Source: Deinococcales bacterium (GTDB lineage: Bacteria; Deinococcota; Deinococci; Deinococcales; JAAFIG01). Taken from it: a stretch of 64,000 nucleotides of DNA. Of the stretch, positions 9,813-19,414 are shown one piece after another. How positions within the stretch are numbered: the stretch's first letter is position 1; each line of letters starts with the position of its first letter. The DNA is taken from NCBI GenBank assembly GCA_031414595.1, contig JANNVX010000041.1:108782-172781 (forward strand). Direction: 5' to 3'. The position numbers and the translations under genes are program-made. The notes beneath the pieces are model-generated. The model was given only the letters and a program-made list of their open reading frames with translations. It was not told where the DNA came from and ran no database searches.

Positions 9813-10310
9813 GTGGTTAAACCGTCTTTAAGTTCTGAACCTTCGTCTGGTCTGATTGTCTATAAATCTCATGCTCAAGCGCTGCTCGAGGCGTGGTGGT
9901 CGTTTGGACAAACCATGCGGCAACATGTCATCCCCAAAGTGATTGGCGAACTCGACCTTGAATTTAAGGATTTTTTGGCTTTGGTTGCCATTCATGACGG
10001 CGCACTTTATCCCAAGCTGATTTGCACTCGGCTTGCCACCAACCCTTCAGACATTTCTCGGATTCTCGAGAAGCTCGAGGAAAAAGAACTGGTCACTCGA
10101 GCGCTTGACCCCGAAGATTCGCGCCGTATTCGGGTGGTTTTGACTGCCCACGGGCTTGCCACACTCGAGCATAAGCGGCAAGCCATGGCAGAACACATCC
10201 TCAAAGCGGTAGAAGATATGCCTGCCAACGAACTCGAGCGTTTTGCCAATACCATGAAACATCTGACCGACGGCATCAAAGCCCAATTCAAAGACGATAC
10301 GAACCAATAA
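9813..10310 (+). CDS. MarR-family transcriptional regulator
   Basis: ISRILEKLEEKELVTR..DPEDSRRIRVVLT..G; translationally coupled to the MFS gene. Confidence 0.9.
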   Translation: MVKPSLSSEPSSGLIVYKSHAQALLEAWWSFGQTMRQHVIPKVIGELDLEFKDFLALVAIHDGALYPKLICTRLATNPSDISRILEKLEEKELVTRALDPEDSRRIRVVLTAHGLATLEHKRQAMAEHILKAVEDMPANELERFANTMKHLTDGIKAQFKDDTNQ

Positions 10311-12604
10311 TGAAGGAGTCTTTTATGTCTGCCCCAGCCATTGCTATTCCAGAACTAACTCGGCAACAAAAAATCTTTACCCTGATTGGTGCATTTTTAG
10401 GGGTGCTGCTGGCTGCCCTTGACCAAACCATTGTTGCCACCGCCGGACCAAGTATCCAAGCCGACCTAAACATCGAAGCTACCTTGTTTGGTTGGGTTAC
10501 AACTGCTTACCTCGTCTCGAGTACCGTGATGGTCCCAATTTACGGCAAATTATCCGATATTTTTGGTCGTAAACCGATTTTACTGATTGGTATTGGGATT
10601 TTTTTAGCGGGCAGTGTGCTGTGTGGTTTGGCAACTGAAACTTGGCAAATCATTGCTGCTAGAGGTATTCAAGGACTGGGTAGTGCAGCGCTTTTTACCA
10701 GTGCGCTTTCTATTATTGGCGATATTTTCCCTCCTACTGAACGCGGCAAATACAGTGGTTTATTTGGGGCGGTCTTTGGTCTCTCGAGTGTGGTTGGTCC
10801 ACTGGTTGGTGGTTTTCTAACCGATAATTTCTCGTGGCATTGGGTTTTCTTTGTCAATTTACCAGTTGGGGCGGTTGCCTTGGCTTTTATTCTTTCTAAA
10901 ATGCCAAACCTGAATTTGGTGCAAAATAAACCTTCGATAGATTATGCTGGCGCAGTCACCTTACTGCTTAGCACTGTTCCGTTGTTGTTGGCGTTGTCTT
11001 TGGGTAAAACATCGGTGCGCCCTTTTGAGACTGGTTATTCATGGAGCAGCCCCGAAATCCTTGGGATGTTTGCATTATCGGCTGTTGCCCTAATTGCTTT
11101 TATCTTTATTGAACGCCGCGCCAAAGACCCTTTACTCGATTTAGGTTTATTCAAAAATCCAGCCTTTAGTATTGGCAACGCTGCCGCTTTTGTGATTGGT
11201 ATGGCGTTCTTAAGCGCGATTGTCTTTTTACCTATTTTTATGCAGAACGTGGTCGGTTTGAGCGCCACCGCTAGTGGTTTTGCGGGGCTGCCTTTGGTGA
11301 TTGGCTTGGTGATTGGCAATGTGCTGAGTGGACAATTGGTCAGTCGTTTTGGACGCTACAAACCCCTGATGTTGGTTGGCTTAATCATCATGATGATTGG
11401 TTTTGCAATTGCTGGCTTTACCTTAACCCCACAAAGCACCTTTTGGGAGGTCTTTCTGAAAATGCTGGTCATGGGCTTGGGTTTAGGACCAAGTATTCCT
11501 TTGTACACCCTAGCCATTCAAGCGGCTGCACCAATAGAGAAAATGGGGGTTGCGACCTCGAGTGCTACCTTTTTTCGCAGTATGGGCAGCAGTGTTGGTT
11601 TAGCCGTGTTTTTTAGTATCTTTGGAAATATCCTCGCCCAGAACCTTGCCCCTAAACTCGAGCAAGCCACCAAGGATGTTCCACCAGCCTTACGCGCCCA
11701 ATTGACCCAAGGCAGCGCAGGTAGTGCAAGTGCCGAAGGGAATAATAATTTACGTTTTGATGCCGTCGGTATTAAAAAAATAGCCTTACAAAGCATCACC
11801 AACACCGAGCGCAACCTCGAGAAAGCGATGTTGCAAAACGATTTAGCGGCTCTAAAAGTTCTGGCGAATAACAAACAAATGCCTAGCCAAATGCAAACGC
11901 AACTGGCGGCGGCGGTGCAAGCGGGTGGTTTTTGGCAGTATTTAGAGGCTCAAAACCGTGCTGTACAACTTTTAATGGTTCGGGCTTTACGTGATAACGA
12001 CCCGCTTGCCAAAGCTGCCCTGCTTAAAAATCCGCAAATTCCAGCCCAACTCAAAAAGACGCTACAAGTAGGTGGAATTGCCGCCCAAATCCGCCAAGGA
12101 CTCGAGGCACAGTACAAATTGGTAGAAACCGCCATGGCGGACGAAAACCCCAAAGAAGCCCTAGCTAGACTTGCCAAGAACTCAGACTTGCCAACCCCGA
12201 TTAAAGCCCGTTTAAGCAGTATCCCAGAAGCTGTCCTGACCTATCCTGAACGCCGAGCGGGTATCCTTATCCAAATTAGGCAAAGCCTTGATGCGGCTGC
12301 CCCACAAGTGATTTCAGGGGCAATTAACACCGCCCTAGCCGCCGTTGTCAAAAACCAGCCGCAACCCAAAACCGTGGCGGCTGGAATTTATCAAAATAGC
12401 CTAAAAGGTTTAGAAAGCAACAAAAGCACGATTATTAGCACCATAGATAAGGTAGACGCAGCTTTCAAAAGTGTTCTGACCGACAGCATCACAATTATTT
12501 ATAAACTGGGTATTTTGGTGGCATTGGTGGCGTTCTTACTGACCCTTGCCTTGCCAGAAATCCCATTGCGAAAAAGTAATTTTGCTGCACCCGCCGCAGA
12601 ATAA
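10310..12604 (+). CDS. DHA2/MDR-family MFS efflux transporter with a large extracytoplasmic insertion
   Basis: LAALDQTIVATA, YGKLSDIFGRK, GPLVGGFLTD..SWHWVFFVNLPVG; ~280-aa soluble insert before the last TM. Confidence 0.9.
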   Translation: MKESFMSAPAIAIPELTRQQKIFTLIGAFLGVLLAALDQTIVATAGPSIQADLNIEATLFGWVTTAYLVSSTVMVPIYGKLSDIFGRKPILLIGIGIFLAGSVLCGLATETWQIIAARGIQGLGSAALFTSALSIIGDIFPPTERGKYSGLFGAVFGLSSVVGPLVGGFLTDNFSWHWVFFVNLPVGAVALAFILSKMPNLNLVQNKPSIDYAGAVTLLLSTVPLLLALSLGKTSVRPFETGYSWSSPEILGMFALSAVALIAFIFIERRAKDPLLDLGLFKNPAFSIGNAAAFVIGMAFLSAIVFLPIFMQNVVGLSATASGFAGLPLVIGLVIGNVLSGQLVSRFGRYKPLMLVGLIIMMIGFAIAGFTLTPQSTFWEVFLKMLVMGLGLGPSIPLYTLAIQAAAPIEKMGVATSSATFFRSMGSSVGLAVFFSIFGNILAQNLAPKLEQATKDVPPALRAQLTQGSAGSASAEGNNNLRFDAVGIKKIALQSITNTERNLEKAMLQNDLAALKVLANNKQMPSQMQTQLAAAVQAGGFWQYLEAQNRAVQLLMVRALRDNDPLAKAALLKNPQIPAQLKKTLQVGGIAAQIRQGLEAQYKLVETAMADENPKEALARLAKNSDLPTPIKARLSSIPEAVLTYPERRAGILIQIRQSLDAAAPQVISGAINTALAAVVKNQPQPKTVAAGIYQNSLKGLESNKSTIISTIDKVDAAFKSVLTDSITIIYKLGILVALVAFLLTLALPEIPLRKSNFAAPAAE

Positions 12605-12677
12605 AATTAAAAACTCGAGGGGAAACCAATGTTCTGGAAGTTTTTGCTTTTTTGCGTCTGCGAAGCATTTGCGTTTT

Positions 12678-12703
12678 GTAGGGGCGAACCCCTGTGTTCG
12701 CCC
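12678..12703 (+). repeat. GTAG-type REP hairpin
   Basis: GTAGGGGCGAACCCCTGTGTTCGCCC. Confidence 0.85.
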
Positions 12704-12769
12704 TGTAGGATGACATAAGTTCAATTTCCCCTGAGAATTTACCGAACTATTGTAAACCAATCAAGTTTT

Positions 12770-13735
12770 TCAGTCATCCAGCGCGTAATTATGATTGCCC
12801 TGTAAGCCCAGCATTAGGTCTATGTTCTGAGCCGCAGCCCCAGATGCACCCTTGCCCAGATTATCGGCTCGAGCCACCAGCAGGGCTTGTTTTTTAGCGG
12901 GGTTGGCAAAAACCATAATTTCCATTTGGTTTGTCCCATTTAAGGTTTCTGGATTTAAGACCGCCTTGGCTGGGGCTTCCATCTCGAGCGGTAAAACCTT
13001 GATAAAAGGCTGTCCAGCATAACGTTCCTCGAGGATACTTTGGATTTCTAAAGCGGTTGGTTGTTTTGGCAAAGACGAAAGATGAATTGGGATTTGCACC
13101 AACATCCCTTTAAGCCATTTGCCTACGGCTGGCGTAAAAATTGGTTCGGTTGCCAGTCTCGAGTAGGCTGTGATTTCAGGCAAGTGCTTATGGCTTAGCG
13201 ATAAGCCGTAACCTCGGTATGCTCCTGCCAAATGATGCTGGCTGCCGCGTCCTTCAACCGCATCTATCAGTTGTCGTCCGCCACCACTGTAGCCCTGAAC
13301 GCCTTGAATACTTAACGGGTAATCAGTGGGAATCAAACCCGCATCCACCAACGGACGAAGCAGGGCAATCGCATTCTGGGCGTAACAACCGGGGTTTGCC
13401 ACAAAACGGGCTGCTTTTATGGCTGTGCTTTGTTCACCATTCAGTTCTGGAAAACCATAAACCCAATTTGGCGCAACGCGGTGGGCGGTGCTGGCATCTA
13501 AAACTCGAGTCTTGGGGTTGCTAATCATTTGTACGGCTGCCCTTGCTAGGTCGTCGTGCAGACATAAAACCGCTAAATCCACACTGTTCAGTAAGCGCTG
13601 CCGCTCGAGTTCGTCTTTGCGCCTTTCTGGGTCAATCGAAACCAATTCAAGGTCGGCTCGAGGCTCGAGACGCGCTCGGATTTGCAATCCGGTTGTGCCG
13701 GCTTCTCCATCAATATAAATGCGGGGCTTACTCAC
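12770..13735 (-). CDS. argC: N-acetyl-gamma-glutamyl-phosphate reductase (short type-2 form)
   Basis: [43 protein letters not shown] start at 13735 follows TACAAT. Confidence 0.9.
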   Translation of the reverse strand: MSKPRIYIDGEAGTTGLQIRARLEPRADLELVSIDPERRKDELERQRLLNSVDLAVLCLHDDLARAAVQMISNPKTRVLDASTAHRVAPNWVYGFPELNGEQSTAIKAARFVANPGCYAQNAIALLRPLVDAGLIPTDYPLSIQGVQGYSGGGRQLIDAVEGRGSQHHLAGAYRGYGLSLSHKHLPEITAYSRLATEPIFTPAVGKWLKGMLVQIPIHLSSLPKQPTALEIQSILEERYAGQPFIKVLPLEMEAPAKAVLNPETLNGTNQMEIMVFANPAKKQALLVARADNLGKGASGAAAQNIDLMLGLQGNHNYALDD

Positions 13736-13777
13736 AAGAAGCATTGTACGATGAAAACTCAGTATAAAAGGAGCAAG

Positions 13778-14545
13778 ATGTTTATAACCGTGGATGAAAC
13801 CAAGCTCTACACCACTTCTTTTGGTCGTGTGGATGCCCCGCCTATCCTGTTTTTAAGTGGTTGGATTGGCAGTTGGGAAGACTGGGCGGATACGATGTCG
13901 GTACTCAGTGAAAATTGGCGCACCATTTCTTTTGACCATCGCGGCACAGGGGCAACAGTTGCACCCCTCGAGACGATCAACTTTGACAACATGGTAGCTG
14001 ATGTTTTTCGGGTCTTAGACCATTACAAAATTGAGCGTTGTGTCTTAGCCGCAATGTCGGCGGGGGCGGGAGTGGCATTATCAGCCGCCTTACAACATCC
14101 TGAACGGTTCACAGGGCTTGTACTGGCAAACAGCATAGATTTTCGTGGTGGCGCACAACCCAATCCCCCGTTTTTAGCCGTACTCGAGAAAGACTATGAG
14201 GCGGCGCTTGATTATTTTGTATCAGCTTGTGTACCAGAAAAAAATAGCGAACACATCAAGCGCTGGGGTCGGCAAATCCTTAATCGGGCATCAAGAGAAG
14301 CGGCACTGGCTTTATTTCGGATGGCTCGAGCCATTGATTTACGCCCAGATTTAGCCAACATCAATCTTCGCACGTTGTTGCTGCATGGGGATTTAGATAC
14401 GATTTCACCGCTCGAGTCGGCGCAATGGTTAGCCGCTACTTTACCCAATGCAAGTTTAGAAATCGTATCTGAAACTGGGCATGTGCCAATCTTGACCAAG
14501 CCCGAAGAAGTGGCAAGCCGAATCAATGCGTTTTTTGGAATTTGA
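13778..14545 (+). CDS. Alpha/beta-fold hydrolase
   Basis: DHRGTG, nucleophile elbow [26 protein letters not shown] before ATG 13778. Confidence 0.8.
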   Translation: MFITVDETKLYTTSFGRVDAPPILFLSGWIGSWEDWADTMSVLSENWRTISFDHRGTGATVAPLETINFDNMVADVFRVLDHYKIERCVLAAMSAGAGVALSAALQHPERFTGLVLANSIDFRGGAQPNPPFLAVLEKDYEAALDYFVSACVPEKNSEHIKRWGRQILNRASREAALALFRMARAIDLRPDLANINLRTLLLHGDLDTISPLESAQWLAATLPNASLEIVSETGHVPILTKPEEVASRINAFFGI

Positions 14546-14580
14546 CAGGTTGGCAATTTTTTGTTATGATATACACGTAA
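14542..14580 (+). promoter_or_regulatory. Sigma70-type promoter overlapped by an RDRM-like (DdrO operator) palindrome
   Basis: TTGACA (14542-47), 17 bp, TATGAT (14565-70). TTATGATATACACGTAA (14564-80) fits the 17-bp TTAYG-N7-CRTAA pattern. Confidence 0.75.
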
Positions 14581-14628
14581 GATTAAGCCTTCGTTATTCG
14601 TCTATTACCAGTACACTCAGGAGAAACC

Positions 14629-15132
14629 ATGCTCATTACAATTCATTTCACCACCCCACTTGGCGCGAACATCAGCGTTGAACTCGAGCCGCACGAGACT
14701 ACCCTAAGCGCCCTTCGCAAACATGGCGCAAGCGGCTGGACAAGCGGCGATGTTGTCAAAAACGGCGGATTGCGCTTACCCCTCGAGAATGCCGAGCGTT
14801 TTGACTGGCGACTTTTGGGCGCTCGAGCTGCCGAACTTCGCAATAACACCACCCAAGCCCTCGAAGCTGGGGTTTGGTACAAAGGCGACTTTTATAAACG
14901 CCGTGAACTCGAGGCACTCGAGACCAAAAAAATGAAACTGGCTGCCGCGATCAAATACTCGAGAGGCGCACGCGACAGCGACCCACCCGAAATCAAAGAG
15001 AGAAGTGGCGAATTTGAGTACGTGACTTTAATTCTTTTCCGTGGTGGTGGACATTTACCAGAGTACGATTTGCCAACAGATGGAATGCCGCTTGGTGCAA
15101 ACAGACAAAATGGCGTTGCGGCTCGGTCTTAA
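14629..15132 (+). CDS. ddrB: Single-stranded DNA-binding/annealing protein DdrB
   Basis: F.T.LGA, G..GWTSG, FDW.LLGAR, YKRRELEA, KL.AAIKYSRGA..SDP and EYVTL..FRGG match Deinococcus DdrB as I recall it; AGGAG RBS. Confidence 0.85.
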   Translation: MLITIHFTTPLGANISVELEPHETTLSALRKHGASGWTSGDVVKNGGLRLPLENAERFDWRLLGARAAELRNNTTQALEAGVWYKGDFYKRRELEALETKKMKLAAAIKYSRGARDSDPPEIKERSGEFEYVTLILFRGGGHLPEYDLPTDGMPLGANRQNGVAARS

Positions 15133-15251
15133 TTGGGCGACTCGAGAATTTGAAGAACAACCCCGTGTTCTCGAGGTTCAAAAAACTGGTTGCATAAAAT
15201 TTGAACCGCTCTCGCAAATAAGCGCGAGAGCGGAACAATTGGCAAAAAAGC

Positions 15252-15701
15252 TTAAGCTTTCTTTGCGGCTGGTTTTTTCGCAGCAGCTTTCGCGGCTGGC
15301 TTTGCGGCTTTTGGAGCAGCCTTTGCTTTTGCGGCTGGTTTAGCAGCTTTAGGAGCGGCTTTTGCAGCTTTTGGTGCAGCAGCTTTTGCGGCTGGTTTAG
15401 CGGTAGCTTTGGCTGCCTTTGGAGCAGCTTTTGGTGCAGCTTTCGCGGCTGGTTTAGCAGCAGCTTTGGCTGCCTTTGGAGCAGCTTTTGCGGCTGGTTT
15501 AGCAGCTTTTGGTGCAGCAGCTTTCTTAGCTGGAGCTTTTACTGCTGTCGCTTTGGCTGTGGCTGTTGCTTTGGCTGGTTTAGCAGCTTTAGGGGCAGCT
15601 TTTGCTGCCTTTGGAGCAGCAGCTTTCGCGGCTGGTTTAGCAGCTTTTGGTGCAGCAGCCTTTGCAGCTTTCGGTGCAACTTCTGTCTTGGTTTTTGCCA
15701 T
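15252..15701 (-). CDS. Histone H1-like Ala/Lys/Pro-rich repeat protein
   Basis: Repeated AAPKAAK and AAKPAAK units; GGGGGTGA RBS before ATG 15701. Confidence 0.75.
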   Translation of the reverse strand: MAKTKTEVAPKAAKAAAPKAAKPAAKAAAPKAAKAAPKAAKPAKATATAKATAVKAPAKKAAAPKAAKPAAKAAPKAAKAAAKPAAKAAPKAAPKAAKATAKPAAKAAAPKAAKAAPKAAKPAAKAKAAPKAAKPAAKAAAKKPAAKKA

Positions 15702-16124
15702 ATCACTCACCCCCTTTTGTTTGAGTCAACGTACTTACCCCAAACTGCGATACGGGTTCTAGGGATACTTCCCGAGCCGCGCATTGAAGCGGAACAACTA
15801 TATGTAGGGGTTTAATGGGATTAAGCACCACAGAGAGTGTAGCATGTTTTTATCTTGTTGTGTGCAAGTTTTTGACAAAATTGTACTTACTCGAGATTGA
15901 AAAAAATAGACTTGAGATTGAAAAACAAATTTATAATGTCCTGTACAATTTTTTCTTTTGATTGCAAAAAATAACAAAAATAATACTTCTAAAATAATAG
16001 TATAAATATTATCACAATTTCAAGCGAATCTCGAGAATAAAAATAAAAATTTCGAGCCAAAAACACCTACTTTCAACTCGAGATTTACAAATTTTAGTTT
16101 TGAAATGCCCAATGCGGTAAATAC

Positions 16125-17099
16125 TTACCCACTGATTGGTTTAGCAAACTGCCCACGTTCAGAAAGAATACACGCCAACGCAATACTATTAAATTTTGTT
16201 TCGCCACTATCCGCCCGAGAAGTTAAAATCATTGGCGCACTCGCCCCCATAATAATCCCAGCCACATTGCTGTTAGAAAAGTAAACCAATGTCTTATAGA
16301 AAACATTTCCCACATCTATGTTATCCACAATTAAGACATCGGCATGACCCGCGACTGGCGAAATAATCCCCTTGATTTCGGCGGCTTGGGGCGAAACTGC
16401 ATTATCAAGCGCCAACGGACCATCTATGGTTGCGCCTTTAATCTGCCCACGGTCTCCCATTTTAGAAATAATAGCGTCATCCACGGCGGTACTCATCTCG
16501 GGATTAACCACTTCCACGGCTGCCAGCATTGCCACTTTAGGTTTCTCGAGACCAAGGGCAATTGATACCGCCACGGCATTCTGCACAATTTCAATTTTAG
16601 CTTTTAAGTCCGGTTCGATATTCATTGCCCCATCAGACATGCAAAATAAACGCTCAAATTTATTCGGGGCATCGAAGACCAAAATATGCGATAACAACTT
16701 GCCCGTTCTTAAACCCCATTCTTTATTCAGCACTGCCCGTAGAATCGTGGCGGTGTCCACCAAACCCTTCATTAAAATATCTGCTCGACCTTCACGCACG
16801 GCTTTGACCGCCAATTCCGAAGCCAAAGCATTGGAAGCCGCATGATGAATCTCGAGTTTAGAAGCATCAATCCCAATTTCTAAACACACGGCTTTAATTT
16901 TAGCTTCATCACCAAATAAAATTGGATGAATCATGCCCTCCAAACGCGCATTATGCACCGCCTCGAGAACATGGTCATCTTCGGCTGCTGCCACTGCCAC
17001 ACGCTTGGTAGCACGCACTTGACCAATCAGTTTGGCTAAACCAATAATGCTTCGCATGTCACGCAAGGGTTCGATATTCGAGAAATCAAGGGTTTCCAT
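16125..17099 (-). CDS. ptb: Phosphate butyryl/acetyltransferase (Ptb-like)
   Basis: ADILMKGLVDT, DGPLALDNAVS...A..KGI.SPVAG.AD, ILTSRAD. Confidence 0.85.
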   Translation of the reverse strand: METLDFSNIEPLRDMRSIIGLAKLIGQVRATKRVAVAAAEDDHVLEAVHNARLEGMIHPILFGDEAKIKAVCLEIGIDASKLEIHHAASNALASELAVKAVREGRADILMKGLVDTATILRAVLNKEWGLRTGKLLSHILVFDAPNKFERLFCMSDGAMNIEPDLKAKIEIVQNAVAVSIALGLEKPKVAMLAAVEVVNPEMSTAVDDAIISKMGDRGQIKGATIDGPLALDNAVSPQAAEIKGIISPVAGHADVLIVDNIDVGNVFYKTLVYFSNSNVAGIIMGASAPMILTSRADSGETKFNSIALACILSERGQFAKPISG

Positions 17100-17136
17100 A
17101 GCAGTATTCTAAACTGTTTAACGAACAACCAATGGT

Positions 17137-17466
17137 CTAACGTTCGTCGCCATCACCAGAAATTTTGCCGCGTTCTAACCTCGAAAAGAGCTTTTTGATA
17201 TTGGCGGCAGCAACTTCTTCAAGGGTCAGGTTTAATTCGGTGCAGAGTTGGGTTAAGTACCACAGCACATCGCCAAGTTCGCCTTTTAAGGCTTGACGGT
17301 CTTGTTCAGAAATGATGCCGTTTTTATCTCTGAAAATCTTTTTAATTTTGCCGGCAAATTCGCCAGCTTCATTGACCAAACCCAGTGTGGGATAGGCAAT
17401 GCTGTGATGACACTCGACAGCCTGAGCGGTTTTTCGTGATTCGGTTTGATAAGTGGCAAAATCCAT
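17137..17466 (-). CDS. MazG-like nucleotide pyrophosphohydrolase
   Basis: LGLVNEAGE, ELGDVLWY, N..KL.SR..RG.ISGDGDER. Confidence 0.88.
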   Translation of the reverse strand: MDFATYQTESRKTAQAVECHHSIAYPTLGLVNEAGEFAGKIKKIFRDKNGIISEQDRQALKGELGDVLWYLTQLCTELNLTLEEVAAANIKKLFSRLERGKISGDGDER

Positions 17467-17616
17467 GGGTTCATTTTATCCTAAGAGTACGAACCGCCAA
17501 GCACCGACCTTGCAAGCCCATGTTTTGAGGCATTTCTTAAATTTAAAAAGCACCGCCAAGGGCATCATCAATTTGTAGATGGCAATCTATTTGCCAGTGC
17601 GTGGTATTTTTGGCTT

Positions 17617-18534
17617 TTAATCCTCGGCTACCCCAAGGGCTTTACGCCACTGCAATACCAAACTCGAGAAAGCTGTGCTGGGTGTGGCATAACGCTCTAA
17701 AGCCAGAATTGTCGTCTCGAGAGCGGCATCAGCTTTTATTCGCGCTGGCACTTCTAAATTTCGCAAGGCAAAACGCAGCGCATCTGGGGTCAGTAAGCGG
17801 TCAAAATTCTTCTCGAGCATATCGGCGGCGGTGAACGCCTCGAGCAGCCCTAATTGCAATTTTTCTAAGAAATTTTTGGCGCTGTTCATGACCGCTTTGG
17901 TTTTTTCGGCTTCGAGAATCAGCCCCGGTCTACCCGCCGCAAAAATCAGTAATTCGGGGTCTATGACTTTCATCTGCTGCTCGAGGATAAAATCTGGCAC
18001 AGGCGGTACTCGGTAACGTTGCGAACGCGAAACAATAGTGGGAATCATGCCCGAAGCATCCTCGGTGATAAACACAAAACGCGCCTTGTGTGGTGGTTCT
18101 TCGATGCTTTTTAAGAGGGCGTTGGCGGCTGATTCGTTCAAGAACTGCGCCCCATCAAAAATAATCACTTTATGACGGTAACGCGGCGATAATTCAATAA
18201 ATTCTAAGACATGATGTTCATAGTCTTTGCCAGTGTCATGCGAAGCGCTGATTGCCCCAATCGGAATTAAACTGACCCGAGCGCGTTTACCAGTGCTGGT
18301 TTCTTCTCGTGGAGAAATCTCGAGAATATCTGCGTGTGAACCTGATAAAAAATTTTGACACGAGGCACACGCCCCACAAGGCTCGAGACCAGTCGGGGCT
18401 TTACAATTGAGGCGCATGGCGTACCATTTGGCAAGCCCACGCCGTCCCACGCGGGCTGTGCCTTCGAGAATCAGGCTGTTGGCACTGGTCTGCTCGAGTA
18501 GCTTTTTTACTTTGTCATGTCCGATTAAGTTCAT
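17617..18534 (-). CDS. holB: DNA polymerase III subunit delta'
   Basis: Zn module C...PCGACASC, ANALLKSIEEPP, PTIVSRS. Confidence 0.85.
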   Translation of the reverse strand: MNLIGHDKVKKLLEQTSANSLILEGTARVGRRGLAKWYAMRLNCKAPTGLEPCGACASCQNFLSGSHADILEISPREETSTGKRARVSLIPIGAISASHDTGKDYEHHVLEFIELSPRYRHKVIIFDGAQFLNESAANALLKSIEEPPHKARFVFITEDASGMIPTIVSRSQRYRVPPVPDFILEQQMKVIDPELLIFAAGRPGLILEAEKTKAVMNSAKNFLEKLQLGLLEAFTAADMLEKNFDRLLTPDALRFALRNLEVPARIKADAALETTILALERYATPSTAFSSLVLQWRKALGVAED

Positions 18535-18582
18535 TTGTCATGACCTATTAAGTTCATTGTCTGCCATGCCTGAAGATGTTCA

Positions 18583-19341
18583 TTACCGACCTATGTCTAA
18601 ACGCGAAGCCAAGGCTTCAGGTAGACCAGCCGCCCTAATTTTCTTTTGGGCAGAGGCAATATCGTAGTTGACTCGGTAAATCTCGAGCAGTTTGGTGTTG
18701 GTGTCAAAAACGCCATAACTGGCTTTGGGGTTGCCGTCTCGAGGTTGTCCAACACTGCCCGGATTGACAATCCAGCGCCCTCTGGGTGGCATTGGCAAAC
18801 GGTTCTCGTTTTCGACACAAGCATGAAAAATCGTCACTTCGGTGTTGTTTTCTAAGCAAGCAAAGACCCCAGCCAAATGTGAATGCCCAACAAAAGCCAG
18901 TTTGCCAGTCCAGTCCTTAAAAATGACCCGAGCGATATTGACATTATCCACATACTCTTTAGGGTCGCGTGGTGAACCATGAATAAACATCACCGAAGCC
19001 CCATCTAATTTAACACTGGCTTGTTCTGCCCAAGTTTGCATCCAACCAATCTGACTCGGCAGTAGTTGGGCTAAATTCTGGCGTAAACTCATCCCTACTG
19101 GGGTATCCAATTTAATGCTTTTACCTTGCGCCATCTCGAGCAGCATCTGGTCATGATTGCCGATAATCGAACGTGGTTTTAGCGGCTCGAGTTGTTTGAA
19201 CACCGCTCCAGCATCCGCTCCGTAGCCAACAGCATCACCCAAAAAAATCGTCTGTTCAAAATTGCGTCTTAAAGCATCTTCAAGCACCGCTTCAAGCGCA
19301 TCTGAGTTACTGTGAATATCGGCAAGCAACAAGTAGCGCAT
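18583..19341 (-). CDS. Calcineurin-like metallophosphoesterase
   Basis: DIHSN, LGDAVGYG, GNHD, HGSP, GHSH, NPGSVGQPRDG. Confidence 0.9.
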   Translation of the reverse strand: MRYLLLADIHSNSDALEAVLEDALRRNFEQTIFLGDAVGYGADAGAVFKQLEPLKPRSIIGNHDQMLLEMAQGKSIKLDTPVGMSLRQNLAQLLPSQIGWMQTWAEQASVKLDGASVMFIHGSPRDPKEYVDNVNIARVIFKDWTGKLAFVGHSHLAGVFACLENNTEVTIFHACVENENRLPMPPRGRWIVNPGSVGQPRDGNPKASYGVFDTNTKLLEIYRVNYDIASAQKKIRAAGLPEALASRLDIGR

Positions 19342-19414
19342 TAAGAGTCTCCAACCAAGTCAAAAACGTAAATCAAGATGAAAACAGTATACCTTGCAAA
19401 TTATAAAAACCAAA

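Noticed and set aside
15409-15762. Ala/Phe/Gly-rich + strand ORF
   Set aside because: Antisense shadow of the histone-like gene, which has the RBS.
17550-17600. Fluoride-riboswitch-like TGATGATGCC with a GGCAA/TTGCC stem on the - strand
   Set aside because: Lacks the GATGG segment needed for the pseudoknot, and there is no fluoride-related gene downstream.
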